From positions 128,001 to 192,000 of the forward strand of contig JAEOUA010000010.1 of assembly GCA_016839555.1 (NCBI GenBank): a DNA stretch of 64,000 bases, written 5' to 3'. The notes under the pieces were generated by a model. That model saw only the letters and a list, made by a program, of their open reading frames with translations, did not search any database and was not told where the DNA came from. Positions 50,883-60,791 of this stretch are shown here, in pieces. Origin of the DNA: Promethearchaeota archaeon (GTDB taxonomy: Archaea; Asgardarchaeota; Lokiarchaeia; Sigyniarchaeales; SOKP01). Position 1 is the first letter of the stretch; each line of letters opens with the position of its first letter. The translations under genes and the position numbers were made by a program.

Positions 50883-52184
50883 TTAATAATGTGCTGTTAT
50901 TTTTTCTCGTTTTTCCTTAACTTTACCTTTTAATAAGGGGTCATTTGTTTTTTTCATCCATGTTTTTAATCTTTTCCTTAGATCTTTTAGGATTGTTTGA
51001 TAATACGAATCATTTATTAAATTTTCTCTCTCATTAGGATCGTTTTCCAAATCATAAAGCTCTTCCGTAGGGCGTGATTCTTGAATTTTTTCTAACATAA
51101 CTTTTCCTGCAGGATCCATCGCAATATCTTTTGGAATCTGATAGAGAGTATCTAATTCTTGAAAATTTTTGATGTATTTATACTTATGATTTCTAATGCA
51201 TCGCATAGGATCATAGATCTCATGAAAAGTTTTTTCAGCATAAATTTCTGGATGAATTTGTTGAATATGATCACTTAATATCGGCAAAAAACTTTTCCCT
51301 TCAATATTTTTCGGTATTTTCCCACCAATATAATCTATTAAAGTTGGAAGTAAATCAAGGTTTGAAAGTAGACTTTCAATAACCTTTCCTCCCGTAAAAA
51401 GTTCCGAATTAGGATCATACATTATCAATAAAATCTTTAATCCTGGATCATATAGTGTACATTTCGCTCTAGGATAAGCCGCGCCGTGGTCGGTTGTGTA
51501 AATAAAAAGTGTATTTTCCATTAATCCAATATCCTCTAAATGATTTAATATTTTCCCAATTGTTTCATCCACAATTTCTATGTTACCATAAAATTCAGCA
51601 AAATCTTTCCTAATTTCTTCATTTTCAGGCAAATAAGGAGGAATTTTAACCCTACTAGAATCTACTGATTCTGACCATGCTCTATAAGGTCTATGAACTT
51701 CAATTGTCCCTATATTTAGAAAAAATGGTTTTGTATCATCCTTATGTTCTGTTAAAAATTTAAAATACTCTTTTTCCATCTGTCCGCGGGAATATTTAAA
51801 TTCCGGTCCTCTTTTACTAATTGTGTCATAACCTAGTGTTTTAGCATCCAAGCTTTCATGTTGTAAGCCTAATAAGTGTGTTGTATAACCATTTTCCTTT
51901 AAATACATCCCAAGAGTTTTGTTATCTGATGGCATTGTCCAACCAAGATTTACTAGCCCCATAAGACCATTTTGATGGGGATAAAGAGATGTTTTCATCG
52001 AACTTCTGCTAGGGCTACATTGTGGAGCGGTACAAAAATAATTAGAGAATTTTACACCCTTTTGAGCTAGATTATCAAGATTTGGTGTCTCAAGAGAATT
52101 TGGCACTTGGTCTGAATCGTAGCAACCAAGATATTGCCCTTGATCATGGGTGATAAATAAAATAATGTTTGGTTTTTCTTTCAT
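50883..52184 (-). CDS. Cys-type sulfatase (N-sulfoglucosamine sulfohydrolase-like)
   Basis: KPNIILF, APQCSPSR (CxPxR), YPHQNG, TDHG, KCTLYD, ELYDLENDP. Confidence 0.9.
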   Translation of the reverse strand: MKEKPNIILFITHDQGQYLGCYDSDQVPNSLETPNLDNLAQKGVKFSNYFCTAPQCSPSRSSMKTSLYPHQNGLMGLVNLGWTMPSDNKTLGMYLKENGYTTHLLGLQHESLDAKTLGYDTISKRGPEFKYSRGQMEKEYFKFLTEHKDDTKPFFLNIGTIEVHRPYRAWSESVDSSRVKIPPYLPENEEIRKDFAEFYGNIEIVDETIGKILNHLEDIGLMENTLFIYTTDHGAAYPRAKCTLYDPGLKILLIMYDPNSELFTGGKVIESLLSNLDLLPTLIDYIGGKIPKNIEGKSFLPILSDHIQQIHPEIYAEKTFHEIYDPMRCIRNHKYKYIKNFQELDTLYQIPKDIAMDPAGKVMLEKIQESRPTEELYDLENDPNERENLINDSYYQTILKDLRKRLKTWMKKTNDPLLKGKVKEKREKITAHY

Positions 52185-52321
52185 TACTATTAATACTTAA
52201 TTCATAGTTCATATTATATTATTTTATTTTCTAGTTTTTTTCTCTAAAACCACTTTTCAAGTTTTAAATAATTCTAAAACCTAAATTTTAAATTTTTTTA
52301 TAATTTTTTAAGAATCATAGT

Positions 52322-53149
52322 ATGGTGCAAAAACAATTAAGAATACGAAAAAAACAAAAAGTAGCGGCAAAAAAGGCAAGTGATTCAATCAAAACGGTGA
52401 TCGTTCTATGTCTTCCCCGGAGCGGGAGTAGTTTATTAGCGGGAATACTATATAGATTAGGAGTGTGGATGGGAGAACCTAAAGATATGATTAAGGGAAG
52501 GCACGCTAATATTTATGGAAATTATGAGAATCAAGACTTTTATAGAGCTAATTTAAAGATTTTAGCTCGGGCAAAGAGCACTACCCTTTCTTGGGCTGAT
52601 ATTCCTGATGATCAAAAAGTAAAGGATGCGGTGAAATATTTTAAACCACTTCTTAAAGGTTTGATAGAAAAAAATTCTAAAGAACTATGGGGGTGGAAGG
52701 ATCCTGTATGTATTTATGCAATACCATATTATGAAGATCTTATACCAAATCCTCATTATATTGCCTTAAAGCGAAATATAGACAGTGTGGTTAAATCGCA
52801 TTTGCAATCAGGAAAATTTCTTGAATGGCATAATACAATGCGCTATATGTCTCGATATATGAATATTGTTACTTTATTTCGAATTTTTATCCGGATCTCA
52901 AAATATTATATAACTAAGGGAAATCTTTTTCAAAATTATGAAGAAATTAAAAGAGTTGTAATTGAAGGGTATAGAAGGATTGACAGTTTTATTAGAACCA
53001 GAAAACATTTAAAGGTTTGTTTTGAGGAAATGATTGAAAATCCTCGCCAAACAATTAATAATATAATAAATTTTCTTGAAATCTCTCCCACTCAAAAACA
53101 GATTAGAGAAGCTATATCCTTTATCGACCCCGATGAAATTCATCATTAA
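52322..53149 (+). CDS. Sulfotransferase (PAPS-dependent)
   Basis: 5'-PSB loop LPRSGSSLL, WGWKDP, R..DSVVKS, FEEMIENP. Confidence 0.85.
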   Translation: MVQKQLRIRKKQKVAAKKASDSIKTVIVLCLPRSGSSLLAGILYRLGVWMGEPKDMIKGRHANIYGNYENQDFYRANLKILARAKSTTLSWADIPDDQKVKDAVKYFKPLLKGLIEKNSKELWGWKDPVCIYAIPYYEDLIPNPHYIALKRNIDSVVKSHLQSGKFLEWHNTMRYMSRYMNIVTLFRIFIRISKYYITKGNLFQNYEEIKRVVIEGYRRIDSFIRTRKHLKVCFEEMIENPRQTINNIINFLEISPTQKQIREAISFIDPDEIHH

Positions 53150-53269
53150 TTTTTGGAAATTAATAGTGTAATAAGAAAGATTTTTTTGAAATATTTAATA
53201 ACCATATATATTTAAATTCTAATTTTTAGAATTTTATAAATCAATCACATTAATTTTTTCTATAAAAAA

Positions 53270-53938
53270 ATGAAATATTTTTTAGATAGTGCGAAACTTA
53301 AAGAAATAAAATATGCTTATGAAAATTGGGGGATTAAAGGAGTCACCTCGAATCCAAAACACGTGAAGAGTTCCGGAAAACCTTTCTACACTGTTATTAA
53401 AGAATTTGCGGAAGAATTTGATAATATTGATTTTCCAATTTCTGTGGAAATCGATCCTCACATAAAAAATGCAAAGGAGATGATTGAACAAGCAATAAAG
53501 ATCGCAAAACTCTCACATAATTTCGTGATTAAAATTCCTTGTAATGAACAAGGATTAATAGCTACTAAAAAGCTCTCCGAACAAGGGATAAAAGTGAATG
53601 TGACTTTAGTCTTCACGGCGTCTCAAGGGATTCAAGTGGGCCGGATCGGGGCAAGATATTGTTCTCCTTTTATAGGATGGCAAGAGGCTTCTGGAGTTGA
53701 TTGCTCGTTATTTCTTTCTGATCTAATCTCTATATATGAAAGTTATGATTTTGATACAGAAATTATCGTCGCTGCGCTGCGAAATGGTAAGCAAATAGCA
53801 GAAGCAGCAGCTTTAGGAGCAGATATTGTTACTTGTGGATTTGATGTCTATAAAGATTCCTTTGAGCATCCATTTACTGATAAAGGATTAGAAATATTTC
53901 AAGATGCGTGGGATCAGACCGAAAAAGGTTTTTTATAA
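53270..53938 (+). CDS. Transaldolase / fructose-6-phosphate aldolase family
   Basis: YFLDSA, GVTSNP, Schiff-base VIKIP, NVTLVF, SPFIG, HPFTDKGL. Confidence 0.92.
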   Translation: MKYFLDSAKLKEIKYAYENWGIKGVTSNPKHVKSSGKPFYTVIKEFAEEFDNIDFPISVEIDPHIKNAKEMIEQAIKIAKLSHNFVIKIPCNEQGLIATKKLSEQGIKVNVTLVFTASQGIQVGRIGARYCSPFIGWQEASGVDCSLFLSDLISIYESYDFDTEIIVAALRNGKQIAEAAALGADIVTCGFDVYKDSFEHPFTDKGLEIFQDAWDQTEKGFL

Positions 53939-54040
53939 TAAGAAAAAATTTTTTAATTTACTTAAATTGATTTCTATTATAATAAAAAGCTTTTTTGAAA
54001 ATAATTAATTACACAGAAATAATAACTTTCCAACCGAAAA

Positions 54041-55486
54041 ATGAAAAAAGATACTTTAATTCTTGGTGGAGGTCCTTCGGGCTTAGCTGCCGCTTATGAA
54101 CTTCATAAACATAATAGGGAATTTATTGTTGTAGAAAAAGAAGAAAAAGTAGGGGGCTTAGCAAAAACACTTCATTTTGGGGACTTTAGCACTGATATTG
54201 GTCCACACCGCTTCTTTTCACAAACTCAATATCTATATGATATGATCGATTCAATGTTGGGAAAAAAGTGGAATAAAGTTAATCGATTGACTAGATTTTT
54301 AATGAAGGGACGCTATTTTTTATATCCTGTAGATTTACGAAATGTTATATTAAATTTAGGGATCGCAAGAGGTTTAAGAATTGTTATGGATTATTTGAAG
54401 CAATTCTTTTTAAATAAATTACAAAAAAAAGAAATTAGATCTTTCGAAGATATCGCTGTTAGTGAATTTGGTAGATCTCTTGCAGAATTGAATATGCTAA
54501 ATTATACAGAAAAGATATGGGGGCTTCCAACCAATATGATTTCAGCGGATTGGTTTAAGCAAAGAATCAAGGGACTCTCTATTAGAGCAATTCTAAATGA
54601 TATGCTCTTTAAAAAGATTAAACAAGGAGAAGGTCCTAAGACTTTAGTAGATCAATTTTATTATCCAGAAACTGGCACATCTCTAATTTATGAATCAATT
54701 GTTGACAGAGTCTCCGAAGGTGCAAATGGTGTGGTGAAAACATCAAGTATTCCTATAAAAATCAATCATAATAATAATAAAATCTTGAAAGTGACTATCC
54801 AAGAAAAGGGAGGAAACAAATCTTACCAAGTAAATAATCTTATATCCTCAATACCTTGGAATGAACTTCTAGAAACATTTGAACCCGCACCTCCGGAAAG
54901 CGTAATGGAAGCACTAGATCATCTAATGTTTAGATCACATGTTTCAGTATTTATCACGTTAGATAAAGAACAAGTCTTTAAAGATCAATGGTTATATTTT
55001 CCAGAAAAAGAAGTTCCATTTGGCAGAATGATGGAACCAAAAAACTTTAGTGAAAAATTAACTCCTAAAGGTAAAACTTCTTTAATGGTTGAATATTTCT
55101 GCTGGGAAGATGGAAGAAATGAAAAATATAAGGTATGGAACCTTCCAAAAGAAAAGATCTTCAAATTAACAATAAAATGGTTAGAAAAAATGGGATTCAT
55201 TAAAGAAGAAAAAGTTATTAATTGTTATATCCATAAAGAGAAGTATGCATATCCCGTATATGATTTATTTTACAAAAAATATAGAGACCATGTGAAAGAT
55301 TATTTAGGACAGTTCGAAAATCTTCAATTAATAGGAAGGTCTGGCAATTTTCGCTACAATAACCAAGACCACGCCTTAGAAATGGGTATAATTGCTGCTC
55401 GCAGTATAATTGAGGGTAAACAATATGATCTAGAAAAAATCGGTACTGAAAATAAGTATTTTGAAAGAGGATATATAACCAATTAA
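54041..55486 (+). CDS. FAD-dependent oxidoreductase (protoporphyrinogen oxidase / UDP-galactopyranose mutase-like fold) of glycan clusters
   Basis: ILGGGPSGL, VGGL, DIGPHRFF, YTEKIWG, AYPVY, GRSGNFRYNNQDH. Confidence 0.8.
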   Translation: MKKDTLILGGGPSGLAAAYELHKHNREFIVVEKEEKVGGLAKTLHFGDFSTDIGPHRFFSQTQYLYDMIDSMLGKKWNKVNRLTRFLMKGRYFLYPVDLRNVILNLGIARGLRIVMDYLKQFFLNKLQKKEIRSFEDIAVSEFGRSLAELNMLNYTEKIWGLPTNMISADWFKQRIKGLSIRAILNDMLFKKIKQGEGPKTLVDQFYYPETGTSLIYESIVDRVSEGANGVVKTSSIPIKINHNNNKILKVTIQEKGGNKSYQVNNLISSIPWNELLETFEPAPPESVMEALDHLMFRSHVSVFITLDKEQVFKDQWLYFPEKEVPFGRMMEPKNFSEKLTPKGKTSLMVEYFCWEDGRNEKYKVWNLPKEKIFKLTIKWLEKMGFIKEEKVINCYIHKEKYAYPVYDLFYKKYRDHVKDYLGQFENLQLIGRSGNFRYNNQDHALEMGIIAARSIIEGKQYDLEKIGTENKYFERGYITN

Positions 55487-55502
55487 AAAAATTGAGAAAA
55501 TA

Positions 55503-55964
55503 ATGAGTTCAGATTTAAATAAGGAACCCGAAAGAAAAATTGAAGAGGAACAACAAGAAAAAGGTCCTATTTCCACTTTTAAAGAATTTTTGTCTTATGT
55601 TTTATTTGCTGGAATTGCGACAATAGTTGATATGGGATTATTATTTTTATTAACTGAATATGCATTTCAGTTCAATTATGATTATTTAATTTCTGCCATA
55701 ATTTCATATTTATGTGGGATGATTACAAATTACACCTTAAATAAATATATTACATTTAAAAATACAAGTAAAAGAATTGCCCCTCAATTTGGAGTATTTA
55801 GTATAGTTGCATTAATAGGCTTAGGATTAAATGAATTAATCCTTTGGTTCTTTACTGAATTTACTTTTCTGACTTATATTTATTCAAAATTACTTTCAGT
55901 CGTAATAGTAATGCTATGGAGTTACCTTGGTCACAAGAAATTTACTTTTAAGCTTTTTAAATAA
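55503..55964 (+). CDS. GtrA-family protein (lipid-linked sugar flippase-like)
   Basis: Four TM segments; GIATIVD, NYTLNKYITF, SKLLS, KKFTF. Confidence 0.88.
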   Translation: MSSDLNKEPERKIEEEQQEKGPISTFKEFLSYVLFAGIATIVDMGLLFLLTEYAFQFNYDYLISAIISYLCGMITNYTLNKYITFKNTSKRIAPQFGVFSIVALIGLGLNELILWFFTEFTFLTYIYSKLLSVVIVMLWSYLGHKKFTFKLFK

Positions 55965-56075
55965 GATTTAATAATTATAGAAAGATAAGATATGGTTTAG
56001 AATATTAAATACTAAAACATAAAAAAAAACAAATTTTACAAAAGCTTAATAATTTGAAAAAGGTTAAAAAACAGT

Positions 56076-56288
56076 TTATTCCTCCTCTTCCATCATAGAT
56101 TCTATTTTTAGTTCTAATTGCTCAATTTTTTCATCAATTTTTTCAATATTTTCAAAAATTTCACAAGATTCACAGCCATGTTCATCTTTACATTGAGGAA
56201 GGGTATCGCAATTCTCTTCAAGAGCATCTCGTTCATCCATTAGTTTTTCAATTTCCTTTTCAAGCTTTTCTATACTCATCAAAACCAC
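56076..56288 (-). CDS. Small acidic coiled-coil protein with a central four-Cys cluster
   Basis: Heptad arms flank C-x5-C-x5-C-x2-C. Confidence 0.65.
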   Translation of the reverse strand: MVLMSIEKLEKEIEKLMDERDALEENCDTLPQCKDEHGCESCEIFENIEKIDEKIEQLELKIESMMEEEE

Positions 56289-56508
56289 TATTTAATTTTA
56301 ATAATGAAAAATGCTTCATTATTTAATTCTTTTTTTTATTTTAAGATTTTTTATAGCTTTTTATTACCTTCATGAAATTTGATATAATTACTTTTGAACA
56401 TTTTCTTTTAGAACCAATACTAAAAATAAGTTAATTCTAAAAAGTTTAATAAAACTTTAAATTATAAAACCAAATACATTGAAAAATATCATAATGGTAA
56501 GAATTTAA

Positions 56509-57891
56509 TTGAAATTAACTAAGCCAGATTTATACTTTATATTAGTTTTAATATTAGGTATTTTTCTGAGGATATTATCATTAATTGGTATTGAAATTGA
56601 ACCTGATTCTTACACTTATTTAGAAGGTACAATAAATATTATTAATTTTGAATATAATGCTTTACGTCCTCCCGGATTTCCTTTAACTATTGTGCCCTTT
56701 CTGTTATTAACTAATAATGGATTTTTTTCTATAAAATTAGCTTCTTTTACTTTTAGTGTCTTAACAATCATATCTTCTTATTTTATTTTTATTAAAGCCT
56801 CACTCAAACTTTTCGGGACTAATGATGAGAGAACTAATGAAAAATCTAAATATATAGGTTTGATTGTAAGCTTTTTTTTATCCTTCAATCTCTATTTTAT
56901 AAATAATTCTGGTAGGGGGTTGAGAGAAGAATTTATGGCTCTCACAGTTATTCTAATATTTTATATTATAATGGTAAAAAATAAATGTAATTTAAAAGAA
57001 AATATTTCTTTAGGATCCCTAATTTCATTTTTAACACTAACTCATCTTACGGGTGGTCTTTTTATCACCTTAGGAATCTTATTTTTTTATTTCATTTCAA
57101 AACTAAAATATTTTAAATTTAAAACAATATCATTCAGAACTCTCTTAATTATTTTTCTCTCTTTTGGAATAACTTTTGTTCTCTGGGCTTTTTTTTGTGA
57201 TATACATTTTGGGGATTCTTTAATTAATTGGCATCAACATAATAAAACATTTCAAATCAAATATGGAATTGATCTTAGTACGATTGAGAATGTTTTTAAA
57301 GCTTTAATTAATGCTTTAATTTTTGGATTGCCATCTGAATTTATATATTTAGGTGCTTTATCTTCTTTCGTTTTTATTTTTTTAGTTATTTCTATTTTAA
57401 TTAAAAATTTAGTGAAAAAACAATTTTTATTTATATTTATGATAGGTGGACTCAATTTTGCTTATTTAAGCATTTTTATGACAATTCCAAGGGTTCTAAT
57501 CTACTTTTTTCCGTTAATATTCTATCTTGGAGCAATTCCACTAGGATCAACTATAATTGAATTTAAGGAGAGAAAAAATGCTTTTCAAAAAAATATGCTT
57601 TATTTACTGGTTATATTCTTTATTTCCTATATTATTCGTGGAATAGATAGCATGGCTATTATTTTTTCATTATATCAAGTCTATAATTATGTACCTTGCT
57701 TTTGTAATTATAATGTAATCGCCAATCAATTTTATCAAGAACTTAGTATTTTTCGAATTATTCTTGATATCTTTTTTGCGATAATAATTGAATTATCCTT
57801 ATTGATATATTTAATAAGAAGTAGGTATTTGAATTACTTTTTATTAGTAGATACTTCTTACAACATTCAGAAAGATATTAATAAATCTTAA
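56509..57891 (+). CDS. GT-C fold (ArnT/PMT-like) membrane glycosyltransferase, paralog 1
   Basis: LR...PDSYTY...RPPGFP after TM1, GLREE, many TM segments. Confidence 0.7.
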   Translation: MKLTKPDLYFILVLILGIFLRILSLIGIEIEPDSYTYLEGTINIINFEYNALRPPGFPLTIVPFLLLTNNGFFSIKLASFTFSVLTIISSYFIFIKASLKLFGTNDERTNEKSKYIGLIVSFFLSFNLYFINNSGRGLREEFMALTVILIFYIIMVKNKCNLKENISLGSLISFLTLTHLTGGLFITLGILFFYFISKLKYFKFKTISFRTLLIIFLSFGITFVLWAFFCDIHFGDSLINWHQHNKTFQIKYGIDLSTIENVFKALINALIFGLPSEFIYLGALSSFVFIFLVISILIKNLVKKQFLFIFMIGGLNFAYLSIFMTIPRVLIYFFPLIFYLGAIPLGSTIIEFKERKNAFQKNMLYLLVIFFISYIIRGIDSMAIIFSLYQVYNYVPCFCNYNVIANQFYQELSIFRIILDIFFAIIIELSLLIYLIRSRYLNYFLLVDTSYNIQKDINKS

Positions 57892-57976
57892 AAGAAAATG
57901 TCTTCCCTAAAAAGTTTTAATATTGTTTTTAATTAATAGAATAAATACGGAGTGATATAACTTTTAGGTATTTAAG

Positions 57977-59359
57977 TTGATAAAATTATTCAAAAAAATA
58001 GATTCTTATTTCTTAATAATATTAATTGCTGGAATCATCTTTAGATTCCTATCCTTTTTATTTGTACCAATTGTTGATGATACTGTTTCTTATATTGAGA
58101 GCGCAAAGTTTATTATTGAATTAAATTATGAATCTTTACGACCACCGGTATTTCCATTATTAATAGTCCCTTTTCTCTTATTAACTGGTGATGGGGCAAT
58201 CTCCGCTAAGATAATATCTTTGATATTAAGTATTTTATTAATTATATCAACTTATTTTGTATTTGTAGAGGCATCACAAAAATTATTTGAAAAAGAGGAA
58301 TATAGAGAAAAGAAAGCTAGAAAAATAGGTTTAATAGTCTCTTTTTTGATAACATTTAATCTATATTTTATAATTCATAGTGGTAAGGGTTTAAGAGAAG
58401 ACTTAATAGCTTTAATTTATATCTTATTATTTTATTTTATTATGATAAAAGAACAACTGTCTTTACGGGATAATATCTCATTAGCAATTCTAATTTCATT
58501 ATTAATTCTTACTCAATTAAGTACAGGATTCTTTACAATTATTGGAATTATTTTATTTTGTATTCTTTCAAGAATTAAACGTTTTAAATTGAAATCTATC
58601 TCAAATAATAAGTTATTCGTCATTTTAAGTTCATTTGGATGCTCTTTTTTTCTCTGGTGCCTTTTTTCAGCATATAAATGGGGGGATCCGTTAGCCAACT
58701 GGAATATTCAGGGTGCATGGTTTGGAATTAAATATGGTGTGAGTATTTCCACATTTGAAGATCTAATAAGAGCAATATTACATGCTTTAACTTTTGGGCT
58801 CCCATCAATTTTTATATACTTATTTGTATTGTTTGGTTTTGTTTTTATAATAATAATGCTTTTCTTTTTCATTAAAAATCTTAAAAATGAACAAATTCTT
58901 TTCATTTTCATAATTGTATTTTTAAATTATGCCTATTTAACTATCTATGTTACGACTCCAAGGGTTATAATGTATTGTTTCTATATATTAATTTTTATTG
59001 CTGCAATTCCAATAGCAATAATTTTGATTGAATTGGAAAAAAGAGAATTATTAAAACAGAAAAAAGTGAATTATTTATTTATCATCTTTTTAGTTACTTA
59101 TATCTTAAGAGGCCTTGATACTATTTCTATTATATATTTAATATATCAAATATATAATTATATTCCACATTTCGGTAAAGTCAATACAATTATTTCTATT
59201 TTTTACCAAGAAATTAATCCCATTACGCTAACTTTAATTATAGCAATTATAATAATCAATGAAATTTCTCTTCTACTGATTTTCATAAAAAGTAAAAATT
59301 TTCTTTCTTTCAAAGTAGAAAAAAATTTTAAAGATTCTTGTAATTATGAAGAATTTTAA
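57977..59359 (+). CDS. GT-C fold membrane glycosyltransferase, paralog 2
   Basis: DDTVSY...RPPVFP, GLRED, GDPL, PRV. Confidence 0.7.
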   Translation: MIKLFKKIDSYFLIILIAGIIFRFLSFLFVPIVDDTVSYIESAKFIIELNYESLRPPVFPLLIVPFLLLTGDGAISAKIISLILSILLIISTYFVFVEASQKLFEKEEYREKKARKIGLIVSFLITFNLYFIIHSGKGLREDLIALIYILLFYFIMIKEQLSLRDNISLAILISLLILTQLSTGFFTIIGIILFCILSRIKRFKLKSISNNKLFVILSSFGCSFFLWCLFSAYKWGDPLANWNIQGAWFGIKYGVSISTFEDLIRAILHALTFGLPSIFIYLFVLFGFVFIIIMLFFFIKNLKNEQILFIFIIVFLNYAYLTIYVTTPRVIMYCFYILIFIAAIPIAIILIELEKRELLKQKKVNYLFIIFLVTYILRGLDTISIIYLIYQIYNYIPHFGKVNTIISIFYQEINPITLTLIIAIIIINEISLLLIFIKSKNFLSFKVEKNFKDSCNYEEF

Positions 59360-59425
59360 AATATTTTTAAATACATCATGTAAAGATTATTTCACATAAA
59401 ATAATTAAAATAAATATAGTAAAAA

Positions 59426-60769
59426 ATGTTTGAATTAAAAAAAATAGATAAATACTTTCTGTTTATTTTATGTATTGGTTTAATATTTCGATTAGTCGCC
59501 TTATTTAAGGTAGATGCTGCTCTTGATTCATATACTTATTTAGCAGCCGCAAAAAGTATTATTGCTTTTGATTATAATTCATTTAGAGCACCCGGATTCC
59601 CAATCTTTATGATTCCTTTTTTTTTATTTCCTCATAATTATCCTTTAATTAACGCTCCAGAATCTAAAATAGTTCTTATAATATTGAATAATCCAAATCT
59701 CATCATAACTGCTCAAATTACATCTATGTCAGCAGGTATTTTATTAATTATCTCCTCTTATTTTGTTTTTTCTAAAGCTGCAATAAAATTAAGTACTAAA
59801 GAAGGAAAAATAACTCAAAATAATGCAAAATATGTCGGATTGATTGTAAGTTGTTTAATATCATTTTCTTTGCCTTTTATAATTAATTCTGTTCAAGGAT
59901 TAAGGGAAGAATTATTGGCAGTCTTAATTTTAATTATTTTCTATTATGTTATTATTAAAGAAAAGTTAGCTTTACGTGATAATCTTTTTCTGGCTTTATC
60001 GATTGCATTATTGACCCTAACTCATCTCACGGCGGGAATCTTTATAACTGTGGGAATCATTCTATTTTTTCTAGTTTCTAAATTGAAATTCTTCAAATTT
60101 AATAACATTTCAAACTTAAAGATATTAATTTGTCTATTAGGACCCCTCATCTCATTTTTATTGTGGGGGTGGTTTTGTTATGTAAAATTTGGAGATCCCT
60201 TATATAGTCTGAAAGTTCAAAGAGATTTTTTTAAAGATACATATAACCTTGATTTATCTTCAATTAATAATATAATATCTGCTTTAATAAATGGAATAAT
60301 TAATGGTATTCCTTTAGAATTCTATTTCTTATTTATTTTCAACGGAATTGTCTTTATGTTATTAGGTTTATATGTTTTGATTAAATATATAAAGCAAAAA
60401 CAATTTCTATTTATTTTTATTATAACAGGAGTAAACTTTGCTTATCTAAGTGTATTTATGGCAATTCCAGGAGATTTAAGATTATTACTCTATTTTTTCC
60501 CGATAATAATTTATTTGGGAGCACTTCCGATAGGTATTACAATAAATGATTCAACTCATAAATCAGCAAAATTTATGAAATATTTATTAATAATATTTTT
60601 TTTAACATATTCTTTTCGGGGATTAAAAAATTTAGGTTTTTTTAGTTACCTTTTTGTAAATTATTTTTCAGAGATAATCTATTGGTTATTCTTTTTAATC
60701 AATGAAGGATCTCTTTTAATATATTTAATCAAAATTAGGAATAAATTCATATTGAAAATATTAAAATAA
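59426..60769 (+). CDS. GT-C fold membrane glycosyltransferase, paralog 3
   Basis: LDSYTY...RAPGFP, GLREE, FGDPL. Confidence 0.7.
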   Translation: MFELKKIDKYFLFILCIGLIFRLVALFKVDAALDSYTYLAAAKSIIAFDYNSFRAPGFPIFMIPFFLFPHNYPLINAPESKIVLIILNNPNLIITAQITSMSAGILLIISSYFVFSKAAIKLSTKEGKITQNNAKYVGLIVSCLISFSLPFIINSVQGLREELLAVLILIIFYYVIIKEKLALRDNLFLALSIALLTLTHLTAGIFITVGIILFFLVSKLKFFKFNNISNLKILICLLGPLISFLLWGWFCYVKFGDPLYSLKVQRDFFKDTYNLDLSSINNIISALINGIINGIPLEFYFLFIFNGIVFMLLGLYVLIKYIKQKQFLFIFIITGVNFAYLSVFMAIPGDLRLLLYFFPIIIYLGALPIGITINDSTHKSAKFMKYLLIIFFLTYSFRGLKNLGFFSYLFVNYFSEIIYWLFFLINEGSLLIYLIKIRNKFILKILK

Positions 60770-60791
60770 GAAATCTTAAAAAATAGTTAAA

